Positions 53,643 to 64,000 of a stretch of DNA of 64,000 bases are shown here, one piece after another. The notes under the pieces are model-generated. The model saw only the letters and a list, made by a program, of their open reading frames with translations. It was not told the DNA's origin and ran no database searches. Position 1 is the stretch's first letter, and every line of letters begins with the position of its first letter. The translations under genes and the position numbers were made by a program. This stretch comes from Octopus vulgaris (taxonomy: Eukaryota): contig OX597822.1 of the NCBI GenBank assembly GCA_951406725.2, positions 2,852,001-2,916,000 of the forward strand, in the 5' to 3' direction.

Positions 53643-53859
53643 ATAAATTTTCGTTTTCTTTGTTGAACAACGTAATTTAGTTGACTTATGAAAGCTGCAT
53701 CGTAGTCAAGCAGATATTTCTTCTGGAAAAGGAAAGAAAAAGGATGTAATAGAACATGCAAATTAACGAGCTCATTTCAAAAAGTAAACGAAAATCTACC
53801 TGCATCAGCGTAGACATACAGGTGTTGTTGTCGTCGTCGTTGTGGATGTGTTCTTCTCT

Positions 53860-54049
53860 TTTACTTTCTTCAGTCATTGGCTTGCGACCACGCTGGAGGA
53901 TCGCGTTAATCTAAAAAAAATAATCGACTCTAGTATATATTTTAAGTATGGTATTTATTCTATCGTATTCTGTTGGTACTTGTTCTAACATAAACAAACC
54001 AACACCGGTTGACGAGTGGTCGGGTACAAAGTCCATCACAAAAGGCACG

Positions 54050-54108
<59 letters not shown>

Positions 54109-54250
54109 GCACACAATACATACACAAAGATACACGCATATATGTATACGATGGGCCTCCGCATAGCTTCCGTGCACCAAACTGACTCACAAGGTTTTGG
54201 TCGGCCTAAAGCTATAGGAGTAGAAAGTCTTGCTCAAGGTGCTGCACAGA
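53860..54250 (-). mobile_element. SINE family A (diverged)
   Basis: Family A motifs on the reverse strand. Confidence 0.7.
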
Positions 54251-54994
54251 AGAACCTTCCCTTGTTAGGCCAGCTCTACTTGAACATCACTTTGATCAAT
54301 GGCAAGGCATTGATGTCGCAGTATATCGTCATTTTACTTTCTTATTATCAGGGAAGCCTTGGGGGTCACAACATCCAATGTATCATTTCTCAAGACGATG
54401 ATGGAATATGATGTGAGTGTGATTTGACTGTCATCTCTTCTTGGTCGAATCACAACTGCACAGAGCCACCATACTCCCCAACCCCAACCCATTGGCACCT
54501 ATGTAGAGATGTAATGTACAGAATCTTCCGTAGTGCAATAGACCAGAGACTTTAAAGATCTAGCTAGAAGGAAGCAAAATCAAGGAATTGGTAACTCTCT
54601 TTTGTGAACCCGTTTCCCCAGTTCGCATTGGTTGCTAAGATCTACGCTATAAGTAAAGAGATCAAAGTTGCGAACACTGGCAATTAGTCCAACCTTCACT
54701 CAAACAAACAATTTCTAGAGTCTTGAAATCACTGTCAGGTATCTCATACTACTGTAAGTGTTCTTAACACAGACACTAAAGTGTTGCCAGGTAGGCGACG
54801 GTCTGCAAGTATGTTTAGACAACTTGCCTCAGTAACATCCATTGCCCATGCAACGCACAAAAATATGTCGGCGAAACTTAAGTCACAGTTAAAGTGAATT
54901 TAATATTGAACTTAGCTCTACTCTATGTATTGAATACTCCGTCCAGTCGGTTAATGTTCAGTAGTTATTCTTAAACTTGCTTCAAAATAATTTT

Positions 54995-55415
54995 TTCTAC
55001 TTTATACACAAAGTTTCAAACTTTAGTGAATCGGGTTAATCGATTAAGATCGGATCACAGTATTCACTGGATATGCCACGAAGGGAAAAAAGACAAAGTC
55101 GACCCAGGCAGAATTTGAACGCAGAACGTAAGACAGCAAGAAATGCAAAGCTGGAAGAAATGCTGCTAAGCATTTTATCCTGCATGCTAAAGATTCTGCC
55201 GGATCCTTTCTGCTATAGGCACAAGGCCTGGTACTTGGAGCAAGGGGCAAGCCGATTACATCGACCCCAGTATTCAACAGGTACTTAATTTATCGAACCC
55301 GAACGGATGAAAGGCAAAGTCGACCTCGGTGAAATTTGAACTGAGAACGTAACGACGGGCGAAATACCACTAAACACTTGGTCCAGCGTGCTAACGATTC
55401 TACCAGCTGGCCGCT
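54995..55415 (-). mobile_element. Two tandem SINE family B copies
   Basis: Core motifs twice on the reverse strand. Confidence 0.75.
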
Positions 55416-55754
55416 TTCAGCTAGTTTCACATTAATATTTTCACATTTCAGTTCTCTGATCAAATCACTACCAGGCTTATTGAATTAGCGTTAAAGTGAC
55501 TGAGAATTCCGCAGGCACGTCTACCCATACTGTAATTGTAAGGTAGAGACAGCATAACATCGTGTCATAATGATGGCATTTGAATTACAGCTGTATTTCA
55601 TCTGAAGGGCTTCTTTGCAGTTTCCATCTGCACTGTTTCCTGATAGTATAAAAAATGATACTTGCTTAACTAGTCATGCGGCAGAATCGAAACCGGCCTC
55701 CAAATTTTGCAAAGAAACCTTTTAAACTAATTTGTGTACATACATATACTCTTT

Positions 55755-56141
55755 ACACTTTTACTTGTTTCAGTCATTTGACTGTGGCCACGCTGGAGCA
55801 CCGCCTTTAGTCGAGCAAATCAAACCCAGAGCTTATTCTTTGTAAGCCTAGTACTTATTCTAGCGTTCTATTTTGCCGAACCGCTAAGTTTCGAGGACGT
55901 AAACACACCAGCATCGGTTGTCAGGCGATGTTGGGAAGACAAACACAGACACACAAACATACACACGCACATACATATACATATACATACATATACGACG
56001 GGCTTCTTCCAGTTTCCGTCTACCAAATCCACTCACAAGGCTTTAGTCGGCCCGAGGTTATAGTAGAAGACGTTTGCCCAAGGTTTCACGAAGTGGGACA
56101 GAACCCGGGACCATGTGGTTGGTAAGCAAGCTACTTACCAC

Positions 56142-56145
<4 letters not shown>
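55755..56145 (-). mobile_element. SINE family A
   Basis: Family A motifs on the reverse strand. Confidence 0.85.
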
Positions 56146-56193
<48 letters not shown>

Positions 56194-56464
56194 ATGTGTT
56201 TGTATGACAAACACATAAGCTCTCTCTCTCACACACACACACAAACACTTACACACATACACATACACATACATACTTAGGGAAAGCGCGTGACTTGGTG
56301 ATTATCGCAAGTTCGTGGTTTCATTTCCTGGACCGGGCGGTACGTTGTATTCTTGAGCAAAATAGCTGGCGTCCCGTTAGGGAGAAACATCGTGATCTCG
56401 GTGATTTATGTGCCATACGCCTGTCCATGTAGCCAATGGGTGGCATCATTTGATAGCTACAACA

Positions 56465-56945
56465 ATGCAAAGAAACTTCCCAGCCACATGGTTCCAGGTT
56501 CAGTCCCACTGCGCGGCACCTTGGGTAAATGTCTTCTCCTATAGCAGTGGTTCCTAATCTGGGGTCTGCGGATCCCTGGTGACCCACAAAGGTAATATTG
56601 GGGCTCTAGATTCAAAATTTCATACATACATACATACATACATACATACATACATACATACATGCATACATACATAGATAAGGGTAACCATAATAAAAGG
56701 GGTCCGTGGGAAAACTCATTTAAGTAAAAAGGTTGAAAACCCCTGTATTATAATAGCTTTGGGTCAAAGAAAGCCTTAGAGTGGACTTGATAGACAAAAA
56801 CTGAAAGAATCCCGTCGTATATATGCAAATATATTTGTGCGTGCGTGCGTGCGCGCTGTCCCCTTCTCCTCTCAACTGCTCGACAACCGGTGTTGGTGTG
56901 TTTACATCGCAATAACTTAGCGGTTCGGCAAGAGACTGATCAAGT
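56465..56945 (+). mobile_element. SINE family A interrupted by a hAT-like MITE
   Basis: Head to CTTCTCCTATAG (56544), resumes at ~56750 with GGGTCAAAGAAAGCCTT. Confidence 0.75.
56545..56745. mobile_element. hAT-like MITE inserted into a SINE A
   Basis: TIRs CAGTGGTTCCTAATCT / AGGTTGAAAACCCCTG; flanks TCCTATAG and TATTATAA resemble a decayed 8-bp duplication of the SINE's TACTATAG. Confidence 0.7.
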
Positions 56946-57086
56946 ATGTGTGTGCGTGCGTGCGTGTGTGTGTGTCTCTGTGTGTGTGTGTGTGCGCGTG
57001 TGTGCGTGCGTGCGGGTCTGTGTGTGTATGTGTGCGTGCGTGCGTGTGCGTGTGTGTATGTGTGTATGTGTGTGTGTGCGTGCGTG

Positions 57087-57131
<45 letters not shown>

Positions 57132-57437
57132 TTGTATTCCATAACCGATAAGACAGCTTGTTAACTACGTCCATTCTTTATTTTATCGCGAGTTTCGCGA
57201 TACATCGCTTTGCCACGACGGAAAGCAGTGTAGGACTCAATACGTATTTCAGCAGTGGTATATTTATTTAAGGATCCCGGTGCTTTGGCGACTGTTTAAT
57301 TTAATGCTTAAACACCAAGTTTCATAATACGAACGCGGGCTGTTGCCTCATTGCTGCGGAAAACCCATTACGTAATGCGAATTCATGTCATCGAACGTAA
57401 GAGGAAAAGTACAACTCTGCGTGCGCGCGCGCTCGTG

Positions 57438-57478
<41 letters not shown>

Positions 57479-57584
57479 AGTAGCACACGTTGGTTGCGCC
57501 GGAGGCGAGGCAAGGAAACAAAAGCGAGGATGAGGCGCTAGTTTATGTATTTATCTTTTTTATCTATTTATCCATCTCTCTCTC

Positions 57585-57615
<31 letters not shown>

Positions 57616-57783
57616 CCATCTATCTATGCATTTTTCTCTCTCCTTCTCCCCTCTCTCTCTCTCTCTCCATCTATCTATCCATCTTTCTCTCTCCCTCTCT
57701 CCCTCTCTCTCTCTATCTATCTATCTATCTATCTATCCATCTTTCTCTCTCCTTCTCCCCTCTCTCTCTCCATCTATCTATCT

Positions 57784-57858
<75 letters not shown>

Positions 57859-58157
57859 CATCCATCTATCTATCTATTTATTTTATTTTAATGCTACTTA
57901 ATTTCTCCCGTTTGAAATTTTGCGCCTTTAACAATTCTGTCCCTGGGGCACCCGCCCCTCTGACTCCGCCCACGCGCCGCCGCTTTTCGTCATTCAGGTT
58001 GTATATACTTATGCACTTTCTGGTCTCATTCAAGTTATATATCTTTTGTTCCTTTTTCTCTTCATTTTCTCTCCTCTCCTTCGCCTAGCATCTCCGCATC
58101 TATTCCCTCTCACTCTCACTCTCTCTCTCTCTTTCACCACTTCACATCTATCTATCC

Positions 58158-58225
<68 letters not shown>

Positions 58226-58505
58226 GTCAGTGCATATGCATGCGCGCACACATGCACGCACACACACAAACAAACACACGCACACACTGGTTTCCATGTT
58301 TCACTCTTTGAGCTGCGGCCTAGCTGGAGCAGTACCTTGGAAGGTTTAACCGATAAAATCGACATTTGTGCGTCATTCTGTCGTATCTCCCATTGCTAAG
58401 CCGTAATTAAATTTCTGGGACGTCAGCAGTGATCAAACACCACTAGTTATTGGCCACGGGGTACAAACACAGGTGTGCGCACACACACACACACACGCAC
58501 ACACG

Positions 58506-58566
<61 letters not shown>

Positions 58567-58692
58567 ACACACACACAGACACACACATGAATAACTAGTT
58601 TATTTCCGTTCGCTTGACAACCAGTATTCGTTTGGTGATGTCCCTTAAGCTAGCGGTTCGTCTGACACACACACGCACGTGTGGGTGTATGT

Positions 58693-59046
58693 GGAGGCGC
58701 AGCGTACTCGCGGTCGTGGGATTGTGTGTGTGTGTGTGTGGCTAGGGCAGCGGACTCGCGGTCGTGGGATTGCGGTTTCGATTCCCAGATCGGGCATTGT
58801 GAGTGTTTATTGAGCGAAAACAATTAAAGCCACGAGGTTCCGGCAGGGGGCGGTGGCGAGCCATGCTGTACTCTTTCACCACAACTTTCTCTTATTCTTT
58901 CTTCCAGTTTCTGTTGTACCTATATTTCAGAGGGTCAGCCTTGTCACACTCTGTTTTACGCTGAATCTTCACGAGAACTACGTTAAGGGTATACGTGTCT
59001 GTGGAGTACTCAGCCACCGGAATCCTCGTGGTCGTAACGGACAGAG
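58693..59046 (+). mobile_element. SINE family C with partly duplicated head
   Basis: Head motif ACTCGCGGTCGTGGGATTG occurs twice (~58706 and ~58754). Confidence 0.8.
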
Positions 59047-59064
59047 TGCAAAGATATATATATA

Positions 59065-59300
59065 AGCCTTGTGAGTGGATTTGGTAGACGGAATATATAT
59101 GTTTGTGCGTGTGTATGTTTGTGTGTCTGTTTGTCCCCCTATCATTGCTTGACAACCGATGCTGGTGTGTTTAGGTGCCCATCAATTAGAGGTTCGGCAA
59201 AAGAGACTGATAGAATAAGTACTAGGCTTACAAAGAATAAGTCCCGGGGTCGATTTGTTCCAGTATGGCCGCAGTTAAATGACTGAAACAAGTAAAAGAG
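59065..59300 (+). mobile_element. SINE family A (3' part)
   Basis: Body and tail motifs. Confidence 0.8.
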
Positions 59301-59855
59301 AGTATATATATATATATATATATATGGAGTTGTACAGCGCTCCCATTTATATCAATATAAGTCCTACGGATCTCCTTTTGGTTTTAGTATACTATGCTTG
59401 CCACTCAGTAATCCGACACGATGTACTAATGAGGTGGTAGACCCTGGGTGATATTATTCCGTCAAGATTCAGCAGTTTCGGTGGAGGGGGTCAGTTAGTT
59501 ACATGAACCTCACTTTTCAATTGGTCCTTATTTTATCGACCCCAAAAGAATTAAAAGCAAAGTCGACCTTGGCAGTATTTGAACTGCAAACGTAAAGCCC
59601 CTAAGCAATTTGTCCAACGCCCTCACGATTTTGCTAACTCGCTGCCTTACTTATACGTATGTATGTAGACACGCGTATATTGCGATCGCTTCGGGATTCA
59701 GTTTTGATAATAATCACCAGCTGGTAAGTTGGCTACCCGTAATAAATTGCGACCTACGTACAGTGTGTGCGTGCGTAAACAGACCAACACCGGTTATCAA
59801 GCGGATGTGGGGGACAAACACAAATACACACAGACATATGCACATCTATCTATCA

Positions 59856-59906
<51 letters not shown>

Positions 59907-59995
59907 CATCATCAGGTGGTGCTATTAAGTTAGACATGGCCTGGACCAATCTCTGGTCGAAACATATCTAAGTTTTATCTAAGTTTTATCTATCA

Positions 59996-60053
<58 letters not shown>

Positions 60054-60084
60054 TCATATTTAAACTGCCATAATACAACTATAT

Positions 60085-60386
60085 CACGGTGACCGACCAG
60101 GCTATCAGATGTTGCTATACATCGCTGGTCACAATGCGCTTCGCATTGTTTTAGCCTTCAAACGACGCCACCCCGCTGGCTAAGCGAGCAGACCAACAGA
60201 AGAAAGAGTGAGAGAAAGTTGCGGCGAGAGAGTACAGCAGGGATCGCCAGCACCACCCTGCTGGAGCCTCGTGGAGCTTTAGGTGTTTTCGCTCAATAAA
60301 CACTCAGAACGCCAGGTCTGGGAATCGAAACCGCGATCCTACGACCGCGAGTCCGCTGCCCTAATCACTGGGCCATTGCGCCTCCA
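60085..60386 (-). mobile_element. SINE family C with alternative tail
   Basis: Head at 60386 (reverse); tail GACCAGGCTATCAGATG..CATTGTTTTAGCCTTCAAA also found alone at ~22365-22470 and 35903-36027. Confidence 0.8.
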
Positions 60387-61077
60387 AACATATATATATG
60401 TGTGTCTCTATGCGTATATATGCAACGTATAAGTAGTAGGTGTAAATCGTTCAACTCGTCCGCTCCTTCGCTCCGACAATCTCTCCATCGCGTTTCGTAC
60501 TTTTATCTGTTTACTCAACTGGGTGATCCACTAACTACGGTGAGAGTTACTATAGCAACATCAACAGCAGCAGCAGCAGCAACTGTTGCAACAATAACAA
60601 CAACAGTAATACTAACACAAAAAACAGCATTACCAACAACAACTAAAAATGACTATATGGTTGCGCTCTGGGGCTAGAAACAGCAGCTAAGGTACCCACC
60701 GAATACGAACCTTCTTTCCCTTTCCTCCAACGACTGCCTTTTAAACAACAAAAGAATTACTGCTGTGTCATGAAATCCAAGGTTACGGTATTTGTTTATG
60801 CATATAAGCTGGGACGGTCATGGCGGGAATACTCCTGATGATAGGTCTGTCTGTTTTATTAGGGTTGATATGTGACAAAACTACAATAATAATAACAACT
60901 ATTTATAACACTTAGAACATTCTAGAAAGATAATCTTTCCCCCGTTAATAAAGAGAGAACAAACCAGTCATCGTTGCGGTTAATATATATTTTTGTTATT
61001 GTTTTCGTTGGTTTTGTCTTTGTTTTGTTGCTGTTATTGTCTTTTTTTGTTGTTGTTGCTGTTATGGTTATTGTTAA

Positions 61078-62460
61078 TGCGGCGAGCTGGCAGAATCGTT
61101 AGCACGCCGGGCGAAATGCGTAGCCGTATTTTGTCTGCCGTTACGTTCTGAGTTCAAATTCCGCCGAGGTCGACTCTGCTTTTCATCCTTTCGGGGTCGA
61201 TTAAATATATACCAGTTACGCACTGGGGTCGATATAATCGACTTAATCCGTTTGTCAGTCCTTGTTTGTCTTCTCTGTGTTTAGCCCCTTGAGTTCTAAT
61301 TCCGCTGAGGTCGACTTTGTCGTTTATTCTTTCGAGGTCGATAAAATTAGTACCAGCTGAACAATGGGGTCAATGTAATCGACTTATCCCCTCCCCCAAA
61401 ATCACTGGCTTTGTGCCAAAATTTGGAACTAATAATTTTTATTGTTTTTGTTTTCGTTGTTGTTTTTGTGGCTACTATTATTCTTATTGTTATTTTTATT
61501 GTTTGTTACTGTTTTCTTTACTTCACTTTTTTATTATTATTTTTTTTTTTTGGTGTGTCATTGGCAGAATCGTTAACGCACCGGACAAAATGCTTAGCAG
61601 CATCTCGTCCGTCTTTACGTTTTGAGTTCGAATTGCGTTGAGGGTATCTTTGCCTTTCATCCTTTCGAAATCGATAAAATACGTACCAGTGGACCAATGT
61701 GGTCGATAATCGACTCATCCCTCATCCGAAATCACTGGCCTCGTGCCGCAATTTGTTACACTTGATGTTGAGGCGGCGAGCTCAGAGCATTTCGTCTGTC
61801 CCTATGTTCTAAGTTCAAATTCCGCCGGGTTCGACTTCGCCTTTCATCCCTTTCAGGGTCGATAAAAGAAAGTACTAGTTGAGTACTATGGTCGATGTAA
61901 TCGACTTGTCCCCTGCCCCAAAATCTCGGGCCTTGTACCTCTAGGAGAAAAGATTATTTCTGTTGTTGCTAAGGCGGGAAGTTAGTAAGATTGTTACTGT
62001 ATAGGACAAAGGAAATGCTTAATGGTATATCGCCCGTCTTTGTGTTCTGAGTTCAAATCCTACCGAGGTCGATCTTGACTGTTATCCGATTCGGTGTCGA
62101 TAAAAGAAAGTACTAGTTGATCCCTGCGGGCCCGCTGTACTCGACTAGCCCTTTAACCCCAAATTTCACACGTTGTGCTAATAGCAGAAATTATTATCTC
62201 CGATCTTATCATTGCTGTTGTTGTGAAAGGCGGCCAGCTGGTCGGATGGTTACTGCACCGGTCAACAAAATGCTTAGTGGCATTTCCTCTGTCTTTGTGT
62301 TCTGAGTTCAAATTCCGCATAGGTCGAATCGAATTTTTTGTTTTTCTTTTTGGGGTTGAAGAAAAACAAAACAAGAAGCAAGTACTAATTGAGCACTGGG
62401 GTCAGTGTAATCGATTAGGCCCCTCCCTCAAAATTTCAGGTCTTTTGCCTTTAGGAAAAA
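61078..62460 (+). mobile_element. Head-to-tail array of about six SINE family B copies
   Basis: Repeated GTTCTGAGTTCAAATTCC..GTCGA..TCATCC cores at ~61145, 61290, 61620, 61805, 62045 and 62300. Confidence 0.85.
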
Positions 62461-62479
62461 AAAAATGTTTATTAATGTT

Positions 62480-62573
62480 GGCACCTTGGGCAAGTGTCTT
62501 CTACTATAGCCTCGGGCCGACCAAAGCCTTGTCAGTGGATTTGGTAGGCGGAAACTGAAAGAAGCCGTATATA

Positions 62574-62611
<38 letters not shown>

Positions 62612-63179
62612 TGTGTGTGTGTTTGTGTGTCTGTGTTTGTCCCCCCAACATCGCTTGACAACCGATGCTGGTGTGTTTACGTCCTTGTAACTTAGCGTTC
62701 GGCAAAAGAGACCGATAGAATAAGTACTAGGCCGGCAAAGAATAAGTCCTGGGGTCGATTTGCTCGACTAAAGGCGGTGCTCCAGCGTGGCCACAGTCAA
62801 ATGACTAAAACAAGTAAAAGAGTAAAATGCCATGGTTTTCTTTTGCTGTTTCGTAATGTTGTTGTTGTTGTTGTTATTGCTGTTTATGCTTTTGTTATGA
62901 TTATGTTACCAATACTGCTGTTGTTTTGTTGTTGTTATGATAGTTATCGGGTTTCTTTTGTGTGTTTTTTTTTATCCTTTCATTTGTTTGTCATTAGACT
63001 GCGGCCATGCTGGGGCACCACCTTGAAGCAGTTTGGTCGAAGGAATCGACCCAAGAACTTATTTTTATTTCTCAGCGCGTAGTATTTGTTCTATTGGCTA
63101 CGTTTGCCGTTAAGTAACAACCAGGACGTAAACACAACAACAACGGTTGCCAAGCGAGGCTAGGAAAACACACACAAAG

Positions 63180-63222
<43 letters not shown>

Positions 63223-63295
63223 TATACGAAGGGCTTCTTTCAATTTCTGTCTACGAAATCCACTCAGAAGGCTTTGGTCGGCCCGAGGCTATAGG
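62480..63295. mobile_element. Inverted pair of SINE family A copies
   Basis: + copy 62480-62825, - copy 62980-63295. Confidence 0.8.
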
Positions 63296-63637
63296 ATAAA
63301 TATCTAAGTCAATTTACATATATACTCATCTATACGAGCCTATATTTGCCTGGGTGTATATGTGTCTGTGCGCGCGCGCGTGCCTGCGTGCGTGTGTTGT
63401 GTGTGGTGTACATGTGTATGTGTGTATGTGTGTACATGTGTATGTGTATATAAGGACAGTATGTAATATATTTCTTGTATGCTTATGTGCTCCCTTTGGT
63501 ATTTAACCACGAGTCAGCCGTGAACGAGAGGCCAACTTAATTACGGGATTATGAAAATAAAATGCTTTCTAGAAGAGATCAAACTCGCTTTCCTTTTTCT
63601 GTCTTTCTGTCTTTCTTTCTTTCTATCTTTCTTTCTT

Positions 63638-63684
<47 letters not shown>

Positions 63685-64000
63685 CTCACCTTCCCTTTCA
63701 CAAGATGGTTATAGGTAGGGTACAGCATGAACGATAGTTGGCTGCTATTTCTAGCCGACCAAATGACCGCATCGAAGTTCTGTTGTCAACGCAGCGCATT
63801 TCCATGTCATGTGTTACCATTCCTACCATCCCGTACGTGACGGGTGCATCAATAGTCTCCACCCCCCACCTCGGCACACACACAAACCTCACCAAATCTA
63901 CCTCTATTAGCCCCACCCTTGTAAATGGCTTTCGACTGACTCATTAAATTCTAAGATCCGAAGATTCTAAATTCCGATGCGAGAAACATTCCCCTCCACC

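Noticed and set aside
61078-62460. Repeat-spacer pattern suggestive of a CRISPR array
   Set aside because: Units are ~200-bp diverged SINEs with irregular microsatellite spacers; eukaryotic context with no cas genes.

Overview
AT-rich, extremely microsatellite-dense eukaryotic genomic DNA. The tRNA-derived SINE families and repeat landscape look like a coleoid cephalopod (Octopus-like); this is inferred, not verified. Almost all ORFs in the supplied track are translations of microsatellites or SINEs and are spurious. One real host gene is recognisable: the first coding exon (39773-39841, +) of a Polycomb/CBX chromodomain gene ([23 protein letters not shown]|GTAAGT). It is preceded by CCAAT, CRE and GA-rich promoter elements and followed by an intron that seems to run past the window end. 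The rest is transposon-derived: an R4/Dong LINE 3' end in (TAA)n, four Tx1-like LINE 3' ends in (GATA)n, a decayed Penelope-like element with an inverted terminal repeat, a Helitron, Tc1/mariner, hAT-like and Merlin-like MITEs, decayed RT remnants, a tRNA-Asp pseudogene and dozens of SINEs. The most notable signals are (i) two minimal type-I hammerhead ribozymes with intact cores, plus degenerate relatives, in short inserts at (TA)n arrays, (ii) an apparently (GATA)n-targeting Tx1-like LINE, and (iii) a SINE subfamily whose 3' tail matches that LINE's 3' end. Coordinates of decayed repeats are approximate.
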